The notes: a model not told the origin generated them from the sequence alone. A DNA stretch of 64,000 bases from an uncultured virus (IMG/VR IMGVR_UViG_3300023371_000084) (IMGVR_UViG_3300023371_000084), one strand, 5' to 3'. Counted from the first letter of the stretch, positions 48,088-59,253 are shown. Translations and numbers: made by a program.

Positions 48088-49888
48088 GAGCAGACATGCC
48101 GATGAACGTCAAAAGGAGCTATACACAAAGTTTCCAAGCAACAGCTTTCTTGGAAATGAACAGAATATGGATCACGTATTCCTTTGGAATACGTTCTTCA
48201 GACGGAACCTGCATCGGTTTGCGATAGATTTTCTAGGCATTAACCTTCATTGGTATCAGGCAATTTTGCTTTATATGATGGGTATATGTCAGTTTATCGT
48301 GATTATCGCAAGCCGTGCTTCGGCGAAGTCTTTTATTATTGCCTTGTATGCGTGTTGCCGATGTATCACGCGGCCATATTCGAAAATCGTGCTTGCAAGC
48401 GCAACAAAGGGACAATCAAAGTTGATTGTCTCAGAAAAGATACAAAACGAGCTTATGGGCTTATCCCCCATGCTTCGCAGAGAAATCTCTAGGATTAAAG
48501 ACAATCAGAATGAGGTTATTGTGTATTTCAGGAATCACAGTACGATTACGGTTGTTCCTGCAAGTGAAAATGGTCGTGGTTATCGTTCAAATGCGGTTAT
48601 CCGTGAAGAGTTCAGACAAATACTGAAATCTATTGACGATAGCATCCTATCCCCCTTCCAGACGGTCAGACAGGCTCCTTATATGACAGATGAGTTCTAT
48701 GCGAGCATGCCGGAAATTCAGGAAGAACCCGTTGATATCTACATCAGCTCAAGCTGGATTGATAACGGGCATTGGATGTGGAAGATCGTTGATCAGGCGT
48801 TTGGCGACATGCTTGCTGAAAAGAACGGATGTCTTCTAGCCTTTGACGAGAGCATTACGCTCAAGCATAACATCCGCACAATGAAGCAGATGCAGAAGGA
48901 AAAGAAGAAACAAGACCCGCTTACATGGCGTATCGAGTTCTTGAATGAGCGTGTCAAAGAAAACGAGCATGCTTTCTTTACCTATTCGATGCTTCAGGAG
49001 AATCAGCGGCTTGAACGCCCATTCTATCCAAGAGCAACGCTTGATTATCGAATTGGAAAGAAAAATCCATACGCAATTGCTAAACAGACTGGCGAAATTC
49101 GTATTGTTTCCTGCGATATGGCGTTTATCGAAAACAAGAGAAACGATAATTCTGTTTTCTCCTGTATGCGCTTGTTACCGGAGCGCGTAACGCATCAGCG
49201 TGAGTCCTCCAGCGACATCATCATTGATAACGGATATCGAAGGGTTGTACCTTATATCGAATCTGTGCAAGGCGGAGAAACGCTGAAACAAGCAATTCGT
49301 ATCAGGCAATTGTTTGAGGATTTCGATGCCGATTACATTGTACTGGATACAAGAAACGCAGGTGTGGCGATCTATGACATGCTTGCAAAAATCATGTACG
49401 ATAAAGAGCGCGATTGCGAATATTCCCCTCTTGTTTGTATGAATGATGACACGTTTGCAAACAGAATTAAGATTGAGGGCGCGAACCCGTGCATATTCGT
49501 TGTTAATGCTTCTCAGAAAATGAACAGCGATATCGCTCAAGACTTCAGACGTGTGCTAACTGAACATCTCATTGATCTTCTTGTTGGATTTGATCGAGCA
49601 AGCGAAGAGATACTTCCAAACTATAAGGAGTACATTTCTTCCTCTGATCCGAATGTGCAATTCTTCTATGAAACGCCATTCCTTGAAACACAGGAGTTAA
49701 TTAGTGAGACGGCTTCGCTTACATACGAAAAGAAGGAGCAGACGGGAGCAATCGTCATTAGAGAGGCTGGCGCAAACCGAAAAGACCGTTACACGTCTTG
49801 CAGTTACGGTTCTTATTTTGCTTCACTTCTTGAAAAAGATTTGATTTCAAATAATGACGAGTACGAATACGAAGTGCTCATTAACTGA
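47996..49888 (+). CDS. terminase large subunit (true start probably slightly downstream)
   Basis: ASRASAKS Walker-A-like, RGYR..VIREEF Walker-B, IVSCDMA nuclease, KDRY. Confidence 0.85.
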   Translation: MVRRIVTRNSVCMTTLRKTTMLTQTQKTRYKSRHADERQKELYTKFPSNSFLGNEQNMDHVFLWNTFFRRNLHRFAIDFLGINLHWYQAILLYMMGICQFIVIIASRASAKSFIIALYACCRCITRPYSKIVLASATKGQSKLIVSEKIQNELMGLSPMLRREISRIKDNQNEVIVYFRNHSTITVVPASENGRGYRSNAVIREEFRQILKSIDDSILSPFQTVRQAPYMTDEFYASMPEIQEEPVDIYISSSWIDNGHWMWKIVDQAFGDMLAEKNGCLLAFDESITLKHNIRTMKQMQKEKKKQDPLTWRIEFLNERVKENEHAFFTYSMLQENQRLERPFYPRATLDYRIGKKNPYAIAKQTGEIRIVSCDMAFIENKRNDNSVFSCMRLLPERVTHQRESSSDIIIDNGYRRVVPYIESVQGGETLKQAIRIRQLFEDFDADYIVLDTRNAGVAIYDMLAKIMYDKERDCEYSPLVCMNDDTFANRIKIEGANPCIFVVNASQKMNSDIAQDFRRVLTEHLIDLLVGFDRASEEILPNYKEYISSSDPNVQFFYETPFLETQELISETASLTYEKKEQTGAIVIREAGANRKDRYTSCSYGSYFASLLEKDLISNNDEYEYEVLIN

Positions 49889-49899
49889 AAAGGAGGGCT

Positions 49900-51564
49900 A
49901 TGCCAATGGGAAACACAAATTCATCCGCATCGCGGACTCAGAGGAATCGTCCTCCGAAACGCTATGCAAATAAACAAGCACAAAACGCGACGCAGGTTGA
50001 TGACAAGACAAATGAGTTTTGCTCTATGTCAACTTCGCAGAGCCGTTCTATGTGCTATTTCGGACTCAATATCTTTGATCTATATTCGCAGGAAGCACTT
50101 GCGGCTCTAGTCAAAGATCCAATTAACAACAACCAGATTTTGCGTGAAATATCGCTAATCCTATATGGAAGCAATGGCACATATACAAACACCGTTGACT
50201 ATATGACGGCTCTGCCAACGCTGGATAAGGTTGTTGTGTCACATGGCAAAAACGAGAATAAGAAGAAACGCAACAAAGAATTGATGGCCTCTACGCTTAG
50301 AACGATTAAAGATAAAGAAATTATTCGTGATGCGCTATTCAGGGGTATGGTTGAAGGTGTTGCGTTTTATTACTTTGAAACCACAGCACGCCCATATTCC
50401 AGCAGAAAAACGATGAGCGATTACGATGTGGACTGCATTACGGAGATCAATGAGCTTGGCATTAATGCAAGCATCATTTCCCTGCCAACCGACTACACGC
50501 GAATTGTTGGTATCAAGAATTCATCTTATGTTCTTGCATTTAACCTTGATTACTTTGACTTGGCCACTGGAGAGTCCACTGAAAACAAGCTAAGAAAATA
50601 TCCAAAGGAGATCAGGGACGCATACCACAACCGAAGGAATAATCGGAATAAGAATGACAACGGCAATTGGGTTGTCCTAGATAATGCACATACCATTACA
50701 CATAAGATTCGCTCAAAACGTGAAGAGCCATACGGAAGACCGCTTGTGCTTGCTGCGATCACAGACATTTTGTACCGTGATTATTTTACGGACACAAAGA
50801 GAAGCGTGCTTGACGAGATCAACAATAGAATTGTTTACCAGACTTTCCCAGAAGGTAAAGAAAAAGGTACGTCCGCGCTGACTAAGCAACAGCAGCAGGC
50901 TCAGCATACGGCTGTTCGCGGTGCTGTTATGACAAAGAATAATCGCGGAGGCACTTCCTTCTTCTCTGTTGCTGCTGGCACAAAGATTAATGCGCTTGAC
51001 ACATCAAACACGGACATCTTTGATGAGAAGTATGAGTCCGATCTTGACAACAAGATTGCGTTGGCGCTTGGCTTTGCTGGCAATGCCCTATCTGGCACTG
51101 GAAGCGGAAGCTATTCAGCACAGGAAAGTAACCTTGAATTGGTCACATCACAAATTCTGCAATGGATTGAGCAGATTGAAAGCGAATTGAACAAATGTAT
51201 CAATTCGAGCATTATTAAAGATAAGGCCAATTGGGTTGAGTGCAAGTATCTGCCCATTACGCATATCAACAAGAAATCAATGGTTGGATATGCTAAAGAG
51301 CTTTACCTTCAGGGCTGTGGCAGTTTGTCTCTTTGGAGCGCTGCATGCGGCATTCAGCCCGAAATCTTCTACTCCATGCTTGATGAGGAAATTGAGGCTG
51401 GAATCTATGAAAAGTATAAACCGCATCAAACGAGTTTCACAATGTCTGGGCAGAACGGAGAAAACAAAGGTGGCCGTCCGATAACGGATAATCCATCAGA
51501 AAAAACCGTTCAATCCAGAAGCAATCACGGAAATGCGCTGCCTAGTCCAAGTGACAACAGGTAG
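49900..51564 (+). CDS. portal protein
   Basis: 554 aa after terminase; YGRP, C-terminal GGRP. Confidence 0.75.
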   Translation: MPMGNTNSSASRTQRNRPPKRYANKQAQNATQVDDKTNEFCSMSTSQSRSMCYFGLNIFDLYSQEALAALVKDPINNNQILREISLILYGSNGTYTNTVDYMTALPTLDKVVVSHGKNENKKKRNKELMASTLRTIKDKEIIRDALFRGMVEGVAFYYFETTARPYSSRKTMSDYDVDCITEINELGINASIISLPTDYTRIVGIKNSSYVLAFNLDYFDLATGESTENKLRKYPKEIRDAYHNRRNNRNKNDNGNWVVLDNAHTITHKIRSKREEPYGRPLVLAAITDILYRDYFTDTKRSVLDEINNRIVYQTFPEGKEKGTSALTKQQQQAQHTAVRGAVMTKNNRGGTSFFSVAAGTKINALDTSNTDIFDEKYESDLDNKIALALGFAGNALSGTGSGSYSAQESNLELVTSQILQWIEQIESELNKCINSSIIKDKANWVECKYLPITHINKKSMVGYAKELYLQGCGSLSLWSAACGIQPEIFYSMLDEEIEAGIYEKYKPHQTSFTMSGQNGENKGGRPITDNPSEKTVQSRSNHGNALPSPSDNR

Positions 51565-51594
51565 TGCATTTTATATTGCATAAGAATGAGGTGA

Positions 51595-52503
51595 TTGATT
51601 ATGGCGGTTAATGGTATCGTCGGCGCGAACTATTTGCTGACGAGAGTTGGAAATTCTTATGATGATGAAGACTGTGTGCATGCTGTTGTCATCAATTTAA
51701 TTCGGAATTGCGCTGGCGGTAATTCAACATATCGCACTGCAGGATGCACTGAATTATGGAATTCATTTACGAAATACAAACCGGGAAACAAATACCATCA
51801 CATTGTAAGCCGCAAGACGCTTGCAGAGGCCAAAGAAGAAGGTTTGCTGATTGGCGATCTGCCTGTTATCTATAATGCCTCAACTGGAAAATGTGAGCAT
51901 ATTGCCTACTATATGGGCGGCATTGGAGGCTATGAGTGTATCCACAGCAGTGCCACCAAGGGAGAGGTTTGTGGCACGATGCTTAAAAACGGTTTTACGC
52001 ATGTGCTCAGGCACCGCGACATCATCGGCGTTTTGACAGATGGTGTATCAAATGAAGCGAATCATGATGATGTGATGGATATCCTGATTCCTGATGAAAG
52101 AAATGAGGATATCAATATGAATATTTTGTACTATGCAAAAGTTGCAACGAATGGCGGTGCTTTGAATTTACGTTCAAGCGCCAAGAAAGCAAACAATATT
52201 GTTTGTGAAATCCCGTTTGGCACAGAGCTTCCTGTGTATTCCACCACCGCTGATGGTTGGACTCAGGTGAGCTATAACGGAGCATATGGTTATGTATCAA
52301 GCGGCTATTTGATGCATTCACGCAATGCCGAAGATGCTCCCGTGAACGCCGATAGCGGCGACAATGAAGCTCCGATTGAGCAGCATACCGGGTTTGGCGG
52401 AACTTGGGGCGTGTTTATTCCATGCTCAACTAAGCTCTCTGCAAACTCGCTTGCTAATCACTTTGCCAATGGCGAGGTTATCAAGGTAAAACTTGGTGAC
52501 TAA
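51595..52503 (+). CDS. NlpC/P60-like cell-wall hydrolase with SH3b domain (endolysin)
   Basis: DC...HIAYY...IHSS; LNLRS...GW.QV.YNG.YGYVS. Confidence 0.7.
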   Translation: MIMAVNGIVGANYLLTRVGNSYDDEDCVHAVVINLIRNCAGGNSTYRTAGCTELWNSFTKYKPGNKYHHIVSRKTLAEAKEEGLLIGDLPVIYNASTGKCEHIAYYMGGIGGYECIHSSATKGEVCGTMLKNGFTHVLRHRDIIGVLTDGVSNEANHDDVMDILIPDERNEDINMNILYYAKVATNGGALNLRSSAKKANNIVCEIPFGTELPVYSTTADGWTQVSYNGAYGYVSSGYLMHSRNAEDAPVNADSGDNEAPIEQHTGFGGTWGVFIPCSTKLSANSLANHFANGEVIKVKLGD

Positions 52504-52509
52504 TCCATT

Positions 52510-52776
52510 ATGGAGGTTGCCAAGATGAACACAAATGGCAAGTATGTCCAGTATAGCAAACGAGTTGTCAGCATTGCTGGCATCGCATATTTGATTCAGC
52601 TCATTGCAACAATTACGCTAGTGTGCGTATACAACTACGCAGCGAGTGCATTGCTGGATATTCTGGCGACGACAACCGGATTGGTTGGCGTAATCTTTGG
52701 ATGCTATACGGGTAATTCTGCTGCTGAAAAGTATATTAGAAATAAGGCAGCAACAAACCTTAGTCCTTCTGGCTGA
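52510..52776 (+). CDS. putative holin
   Basis: Two hydrophobic segments, after the endolysin. Confidence 0.6.
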   Translation: MEVAKMNTNGKYVQYSKRVVSIAGIAYLIQLIATITLVCVYNYAASALLDILATTTGLVGVIFGCYTGNSAAEKYIRNKAATNLSPSG

Positions 52777-52849
52777 TGAAATATCAGTTTTATCTTGAAG
52801 GATTCATGATGATTTGAAGTGTGTATGCACTTCTACCCCACTGTAATAA

Positions 52850-52873
52850 GAGGGCAACATATGCCCTCTTTTT
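52850..52873 (+). terminator. intrinsic terminator
   Basis: AGAGGGCA-acata-TGCCCTCT + T tract. Confidence 0.7.
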
Positions 52874-52895
52874 ATATACAGATTTTTGACGGAAG

Positions 52896-54092
52896 GTGGT
52901 GAGAAGATTGAAAACATTTGAGCTATCTAAAAGAAATACAAAAAATGGACGAAGAAAATTCAAAATTGTCCTTTGTGAAGTATTTCATGAAGACACGATT
53001 GACGAAGAGAATCAGGTTGGAACCAAGTACAACCGAAACGGCATTTCGTGGATTGAACCGTATGTTCGGGCGCATTTGGATACGATTCCCGGCATGTTCC
53101 TGCGAGCGGAATTTTTGGACGAGGATCGTACTGAGCTAAACGGACATGGCGAGACAGGCTTTGAAGATGGTATGCCGGTTTTTGAAAACGCTGTTGATAT
53201 CGGTACATTTACTAAAGGGTACATCGAAGATGTTGAAACGGAAGACGGCGTAAAGATGTATTGCATCGGCGAAGGTGAGATTGACGCAGCGTGTTACAAC
53301 AAGTTCGTCAAGAAGCTGGACAAAGATATTTCAAGCGGATCTCCACCTTACGGAAGCGTTGAAATTTTAAAGACCGACGATAACGATGCAATTGTTTACA
53401 AATATGGATATGTGCCTGAAGGCCGTATCCCGGTTGAGTTCCAATTCTCCGGTTACGCATTGCTTGGCGTTCAGCCAGCAGATGATGCGGCATATATCGT
53501 CGAGCTGAATAATGAGAACAAGGAGGATGCCACTACTATGACTGAGGCTGAGATTAAAGAGCTGGTTGCTCAGACCGTGAATGAAGTGTCTGCGCATACA
53601 AGCGAAATGAATAAGTGCAAGGAAGAGTGTGAAGCCAAGATCAGCGAAGCGAATGCTACCGTTGAAGAGGCTACTGCAAATGTTGCTAAGCTTGAAGCTG
53701 CACTTGATGAGTGCAAGAAGGAGCTTGGCGAAAAGTATGAGGAGATTGATAAGCTCTACAAGGAGCTTGATGAGCTCCGCGAAATGCTTGCGAAAGCAAG
53801 GGCTAAAGAGCGCGTTGGCGAGCTGAATGAGGCTATTAAGGAATTCTCTGAGGAAGAGAAGCAGTATGCTCAGGCCGAGATTGATGCGTTCAATAGCGAC
53901 CCGGTGAATTCCGAGATTAATTCTGTTGTGAATAGGATCTGGGAAGGTATCGGCAAGAAGTCTAAGGCTGATGCAGAGAAGCAGGCAGCTATCGTTGCCG
54001 AGCAGAATGCGGCTTCCGCTGCTGAGATTGAAGATATTTTCAGTGAAGTGAGCGCACCCGTTGCGAACACGGAAGATGAGAACATTTTCTAA
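52896..54092 (+). CDS. prohead protease/scaffold-like protein
   Basis: GHG, GSVEI, ALLG..PA N-domain plus acidic coiled coil; precedes capsid. Confidence 0.7.
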   Translation: MVRRLKTFELSKRNTKNGRRKFKIVLCEVFHEDTIDEENQVGTKYNRNGISWIEPYVRAHLDTIPGMFLRAEFLDEDRTELNGHGETGFEDGMPVFENAVDIGTFTKGYIEDVETEDGVKMYCIGEGEIDAACYNKFVKKLDKDISSGSPPYGSVEILKTDDNDAIVYKYGYVPEGRIPVEFQFSGYALLGVQPADDAAYIVELNNENKEDATTMTEAEIKELVAQTVNEVSAHTSEMNKCKEECEAKISEANATVEEATANVAKLEAALDECKKELGEKYEEIDKLYKELDELREMLAKARAKERVGELNEAIKEFSEEEKQYAQAEIDAFNSDPVNSEINSVVNRIWEGIGKKSKADAEKQAAIVAEQNAASAAEIEDIFSEVSAPVANTEDENIF

Positions 54093-54117
54093 ATGAACGA
54101 AAGGAAGGACAAACAAT

Positions 54118-54546
54118 ATGATTAAAGTTGAAACTCTTGGCATGATCGATGTTGCCAAGATTAATCCCGTTCTGAAGGCGGAAAAGGCCGTGAAGAACTA
54201 TTCATTTCTGACTGATAATGAAATCGTTTATCTGATTTCTAATACTGTTGTCGGCGACAATGCTTACAACAAGGATGTGGTTTTTGCTGCTGGCGAATAC
54301 CTGAATGGTTATGAGGTTGCCATGTGGAAGAACCAGAAGCTCGTTATTGATGAAGAGCACATTGCCTATGCTGAGGGCAAGAGCTATGCGGATCTTGAGG
54401 CTGGCGTTTCCATGCTGACCATCAATGAGGATGGCACTCTGGCTGTTGCCGATGCTGCGCCTGCGAGTGGCGTGTACTTTGTCGTGACCGATAAGGTTAT
54501 GCTGACTGGCAAGGCTGTTAAAGCCCGCGTCATGATTGCTGGCTAA
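54118..54546 (+). CDS. head decoration/minor capsid protein
   Basis: Synteny and strongly biased codon usage. Confidence 0.55.
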   Translation: MIKVETLGMIDVAKINPVLKAEKAVKNYSFLTDNEIVYLISNTVVGDNAYNKDVVFAAGEYLNGYEVAMWKNQKLVIDEEHIAYAEGKSYADLEAGVSMLTINEDGTLAVADAAPASGVYFVVTDKVMLTGKAVKARVMIAG

Positions 54547-54576
54547 TTGAATACATAGGAAGGATGGCATACAATT

Positions 54577-55677
54577 ATGAATACTTTTGAACTAAACAAT
54601 GTCCGCAAGGATGCCGAGGCGTTCAACGGCAAGTTCTCCAAGCAGTCTCCCGTTGTTGAGATTTTCTCTGCGATGGTGAATGGCGAGAATCTTGACCGCT
54701 TTGGCAAGGCTGCGGATAAGGCTGTTGCCTATATTAAGGAGCTTGGCTCCCGTTCCGAGAATGGTGACTTCTCTGCTGTTGCGGAGCTGAACACCCTGCG
54801 TCGTTTTGTGATTGAGGCTCCGGTCATGGAAGAGCTGAAGCTGCTTGGCATTTTCGGTTCTTACAAGAATGTTGGTTATGATGAGACCATCGAGCGTGAG
54901 ATTTACACCCATGTTGGCGAGCGCTCCCGTGAGCAGGCTGCGAGCGGCGATGTCGTGTTCCCGGCCATTCACAAGGAAATCTATCAGGTTCCGACCTTCA
55001 CGGTTTCCGGCGGCTATGCTGTGGATTACCGTCGTGTCGCGCTGGGCGATATGTCCAAGGAGAACGAGGGCGTTGCTCAGGTGAAGACTGACATTATGAA
55101 CCGTGCAAAGCTGGCGATTATCAACCGCGTGTACAATGCGATCAAGAACGCTTCTGGCGTGAAGTATATGTATGAGGGTGCTGGCCTGACTAAGACTGGC
55201 GTTGACGACGTGCTGGGCAAGGTTCGCCGCAATGGACGTCCGACCGTTATCGGTGATTATGCGCTGATTTCTCAGTTCACTCCTTGGGCTGGCTATGTTG
55301 GCAACATCAACAACAATGTTATCACTGGCATTTCCGAGAAGGTTATGAACGAGCTGGCGCAGAACGGCACCCTGTCTATGTACAATGGCGCTGTGCTGTC
55401 TGAGATGCCGAACCCGTACAACTTCTACGAGATGAACGAAGCTGGCGACAACTTCAAGACCCTGCTTCCGGCTGGCCTTGGCTTTGTCGTGCCGACTGGC
55501 GTGCAGTCTCCGATTGCGACCTATTCTCGCGGTGGTCTGACTTCCTGCACTGGCACCGATGTCAAGAGCGGCAAGATCATGACTCGCTTCGACGTTGAGG
55601 TTGGTTGTGACGTTGCGAAGGGTCACGAGCACAAGATTGGTATGATTTACGATACCAACGTTGGCGGCCTGAAGTAA
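54577..55677 (+). CDS. major capsid protein
   Basis: 366 aa, strong codon bias, followed by a terminator; synteny. Confidence 0.8.
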   Translation: MNTFELNNVRKDAEAFNGKFSKQSPVVEIFSAMVNGENLDRFGKAADKAVAYIKELGSRSENGDFSAVAELNTLRRFVIEAPVMEELKLLGIFGSYKNVGYDETIEREIYTHVGERSREQAASGDVVFPAIHKEIYQVPTFTVSGGYAVDYRRVALGDMSKENEGVAQVKTDIMNRAKLAIINRVYNAIKNASGVKYMYEGAGLTKTGVDDVLGKVRRNGRPTVIGDYALISQFTPWAGYVGNINNNVITGISEKVMNELAQNGTLSMYNGAVLSEMPNPYNFYEMNEAGDNFKTLLPAGLGFVVPTGVQSPIATYSRGGLTSCTGTDVKSGKIMTRFDVEVGCDVAKGHEHKIGMIYDTNVGGLK

Positions 55678-55686
55678 AAAATATAC

Positions 55687-55716
55687 GCGGGGTATATTTC
55701 GGTATACCCCGCTTTC
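55687..55716 (+). terminator. intrinsic terminator
   Basis: GCGGGGTATA...TATACCCCGC + TTT. Confidence 0.7.
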
Positions 55717-55724
55717 CCTATAAG

Positions 55725-55922
55725 GTGATAGTTATGGAAATAGAAAAACCTTTCTACTGCTATTCCTTGAGGCTATTTCACTATTTGTCTGCGTTTGGAG
55801 AGAAATGCCATTCGTCCAAGATTAACGGCAATAGCGGAAAACGTTATTGGGTTTTTTCAAAATCGAAGAGGCTGGATGACATTATTGCATCCTATAATGC
55901 AGAGAAATATCGTTTTAGTTGA
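55725..55922 (+). CDS. small DUF5659-like protein
   Basis: FYCYSLRL..YL...YWVF. Confidence 0.5.
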   Translation: MIVMEIEKPFYCYSLRLFHYLSAFGEKCHSSKINGNSGKRYWVFSKSKRLDDIIASYNAEKYRFS

Positions 55923-55955
55923 TATCAATACATTAGTTGAAATGAGGAATCAATT

Positions 55956-56444
55956 ATGGAAGAGATTACCAAGCAAGAAGAGTTGAACCTTGATACAAAG
56001 GTTACGATTCGAAATATCGCCGGATGGACGGTTGGCTTTGCCCGTATCGTTGAAAATCATGGCGATGTGAGCATTGTTGCAGACGGCAGCGTGAGGCTGT
56101 CACGAAATGAGATTATTGCTCAAGTTCAGAATGGCAACAAGCTATTTTGCGGAATTGATGGAAATGGCAGTCATGCCACAATTTTCATTGATGATGCGCA
56201 AACCCGTGTTTATCTCGATTTTGACAGCGAAGACGGAAAGCGCAAGCAGAACATCTTTACTGATGTAAAGGTGAAGACGCTGTTTGATATGAAGAAGCAG
56301 GCTGACTTTGAAAAGAAATTTGTCGAAGAGATCACGACAAGGGCTGAGAAGTATGCTGTTATGCAGGCGATCAAGCGGCTCAATCTCAACGATTTCAGCA
56401 AAATCCGATTTGCGGAGAAGCACACGGGATACAGAATGGATTAA
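55956..56444 (+). CDS. virion morphogenesis protein
   Basis: Synteny. Confidence 0.55.
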   Translation: MEEITKQEELNLDTKVTIRNIAGWTVGFARIVENHGDVSIVADGSVRLSRNEIIAQVQNGNKLFCGIDGNGSHATIFIDDAQTRVYLDFDSEDGKRKQNIFTDVKVKTLFDMKKQADFEKKFVEEITTRAEKYAVMQAIKRLNLNDFSKIRFAEKHTGYRMD

Positions 56445-56456
56445 GGGGTGTAGCCG

Positions 56457-56849
56457 ATGGTGAACACTACTGCAATGGATGTTTTCAGAAGCTTTGAAGC
56501 ATCTTTCAGAGATAAGAGCGTTGTGCCGGAAGAGCTAATGCTTGAATGGCTGCATAAAGCAATCGGAAGATACTCTATTGAGCTTGAGCCATTGGCTTTT
56601 GACGAGGACATCCTGTGTTTTGATTGCAAGCTTGATCGGTATGTAATTGACACGTTAGCTGCATTTATGAAGCAATCCTATCAGGAACGCGAAGTATCAA
56701 AGGTAAACAAGCGTGTATCTATTGTGAGTAAGGATATCAGTATTGATGGCAATAACGGATCAAAGACTGCGGCAAAAAATGAGCTTGATTACGATTGCAG
56801 CAAGTCCGAGCAGATGATTGCTAATCAGATGCCTACTGCATATGTATAA
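56457..56849 (+). CDS. putative head-tail adaptor
   Basis: Synteny. Confidence 0.5.
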   Translation: MVNTTAMDVFRSFEASFRDKSVVPEELMLEWLHKAIGRYSIELEPLAFDEDILCFDCKLDRYVIDTLAAFMKQSYQEREVSKVNKRVSIVSKDISIDGNNGSKTAAKNELDYDCSKSEQMIANQMPTAYV

Positions 56850-56863
56850 GGCGGTGCATCTTA

Positions 56864-57925
56864 ATGGCAATAGCTTGGTATTTGCTAGACGGAAATGAAA
56901 TGACTGGCGGATTTGACTCCGGTGAACTGCGTGAATTGGCGAGCAATGGATTTATGAGTGTGCTGAATTCGGATGCAGCCACAGATGTTGAACTTTGCAA
57001 TTATGACCTAAGCGTTTGTACGCCGATCAAAGCGATTATTCAAAACAACACCGCGAATACAAAGTCCAATACGATGATAAGACAAGTGCTTACTCCTATT
57101 GGTACATGCAAGGCGGGCATGTATATCAAATACAAGAATCGCTACTGGTTGATTGTTGGTCTGGTTGATGACAATACGATGTATGAAAAGTCTGTCGTTG
57201 TACTCTGCAATTATTATGCAGCATGGCTGAATGACAACGGAGAGATCGTTCGTCGATGGGTTAGCGCAGCCTCTGCTTCTCAATATAACAATGGTGAAAC
57301 AAGCTCTGAATATTATCGAATAAGGACAGATCAACTTATGGTGCTTACACCAGATGACAAAGAATGCTTGATGCTTCACTCAGGAATCCGTTTGATCATT
57401 GATAAGCGATGCAAAATCTACGAGCAAATGTTTTCTGAGGACACTATTGTTGATACGACAAACCCCGTCATTGTATATCAAATCACACGTGTTGATTCCG
57501 TATTGTTTGATTATCAGGATAGTGGGCATTCTGAGTTTATGGCATATCAGGACGAGCAGCATGAAAATGATGGGTATTATGTTGTTGATGGAGAAGGATA
57601 TTGGCTATGCGATATTCCGCGTCAGCAGGGCAATTCATCACAGATGGCAGAGATCGAATGTGAAAGCGATATCCTATATCCACAGATTGATCCATGTATT
57701 TTCACTGCAAGGTTCTATGATATCTTTGGAGACGATACCGATGCAGAACCGATTTGGGAAATTGAATCTGATGTAAAGGATAAACTTACCATCGATTATG
57801 TTGGCAACTCAGTAATTGTTTCAACAGACGATATGTCATGCGCTAATCACACGATTAAGATCACTCTTCATGCAGATTCTTTTACTTCGGTAACAAAAGA
57901 GATTCAAATCAAAGCTTTCTTTTAA
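56864..57925 (+). CDS. putative head closure/neck protein
   Basis: Synteny. Confidence 0.5.
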   Translation: MAIAWYLLDGNEMTGGFDSGELRELASNGFMSVLNSDAATDVELCNYDLSVCTPIKAIIQNNTANTKSNTMIRQVLTPIGTCKAGMYIKYKNRYWLIVGLVDDNTMYEKSVVVLCNYYAAWLNDNGEIVRRWVSAASASQYNNGETSSEYYRIRTDQLMVLTPDDKECLMLHSGIRLIIDKRCKIYEQMFSEDTIVDTTNPVIVYQITRVDSVLFDYQDSGHSEFMAYQDEQHENDGYYVVDGEGYWLCDIPRQQGNSSQMAEIECESDILYPQIDPCIFTARFYDIFGDDTDAEPIWEIESDVKDKLTIDYVGNSVIVSTDDMSCANHTIKITLHADSFTSVTKEIQIKAFF

Positions 57926-57937
57926 GGAGCGCAAAAC

Positions 57938-58426
57938 ATGGCAAGAAAAAAGACAACCGCAGAACGCGGAAAGTTTAAGCAAGAGATCAGCAGTGCTCTG
58001 TACAAGAATCCTGATATTCTGGATCTGCTACTTGGAGATACGAGCATGATGAGTTCGTCAAAAGTTCGAACGTTATTCAAGGAGCATGTGAAATCGCATT
58101 TATTCGTTGATGATACAATTACCGATATGACTACTTACATCTTTTACGATATTGCACTTCCGCGGATGTACTCAAATATCAAGGATTGCAAGGTAATTAT
58201 GTATCTTGTTTGTCATCGAGATATTCTTGAGGGATACGGCAAAGAGGGATACTACGGAGATAGAATCGATATTTTGTCTCAGATGGTTGAAGACTCATTA
58301 ATCAACGATAAAAGTGTTTCAAATAAATTTGGCATTGGCGAGCTTACACTAGACAGCATTGAGCCGTATAATGCAACAAGGTTCTACGGATGCTGCATGG
58401 TGTTTTCCGTGCCTAATTTCAGATAA
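57938..58426 (+). CDS. putative tail completion protein
   Basis: Synteny. Confidence 0.5.
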   Translation: MARKKTTAERGKFKQEISSALYKNPDILDLLLGDTSMMSSSKVRTLFKEHVKSHLFVDDTITDMTTYIFYDIALPRMYSNIKDCKVIMYLVCHRDILEGYGKEGYYGDRIDILSQMVEDSLINDKSVSNKFGIGELTLDSIEPYNATRFYGCCMVFSVPNFR

Positions 58427-59223
58427 TGATTTTAGATTACGGAACACAGTTAAGCCCAGATCCGATCACGCTGTCTATCGGGACGCTAAAAAAGCCAAGA
58501 CTTAAAGATATATCACGTATTTCTTTCTCAACATTTAATACTTATGAGGTATTTTTAAAGTGTTCTCCGAAGGAATACTATACGAAAATCTTAAAAAGTA
58601 ATGGCGGAATAGAAAAATGGAATGCCATTGCCGATAGTGATAAGGATATATTGACAATGTATACCTTACTTAAAGATGATGTGCAACTTCAAAATATCTA
58701 TACGCAATTATTCAATTTCTTCTTTGAGGAACGAGTGGTCTTCAAGGAAGGTTTTTTTATTTTGCTCTATGGCGACATTGAGCAAAATAATGAAATTGCA
58801 CCAGAAAATATTCGCGGTGTGATTTCAGAGGATACATTTCCTCAGATTATCGATATCATTCAGCAAATTTGCTGTATTCACAGCAAGGCGGACGAAGATG
58901 CTGCCGATCAGAATTTTAAGAATGACATCGCGCGAAAGTTGTTTGAAAAAATGCAAAAAGCGCTCAAGAAGCAAGAAGAAGAGCGAAAAGTTAAAGCAGA
59001 CAAAAATTTGTCTCTTTCCAATATCATCTCTTCTGTTTCCGCGCTTCATCCTTCTATTAATTTGATAAACATATGGGATCTTACGATCTTTCAATTATAT
59101 GACACTTTTAGAAGGATGCAGGGCAACTTGATTTTTGATATGAATTCCACAAGCGTTTCTGTTTGGGGAGACGAGAAAAACAAGTTTGATCAAACACTTT
59201 GGCACAAGAACTATTATGACTAA
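58426..59223 (+). CDS. putative tail assembly protein
   Basis: IWDLTIFQLYD motif; synteny. Confidence 0.5.
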   Translation: MILDYGTQLSPDPITLSIGTLKKPRLKDISRISFSTFNTYEVFLKCSPKEYYTKILKSNGGIEKWNAIADSDKDILTMYTLLKDDVQLQNIYTQLFNFFFEERVVFKEGFFILLYGDIEQNNEIAPENIRGVISEDTFPQIIDIIQQICCIHSKADEDAADQNFKNDIARKLFEKMQKALKKQEEERKVKADKNLSLSNIISSVSALHPSINLINIWDLTIFQLYDTFRRMQGNLIFDMNSTSVSVWGDEKNKFDQTLWHKNYYD

Positions 59224-59253
59224 AACAATTTTCTGAATTGGAGGAATACAAAT

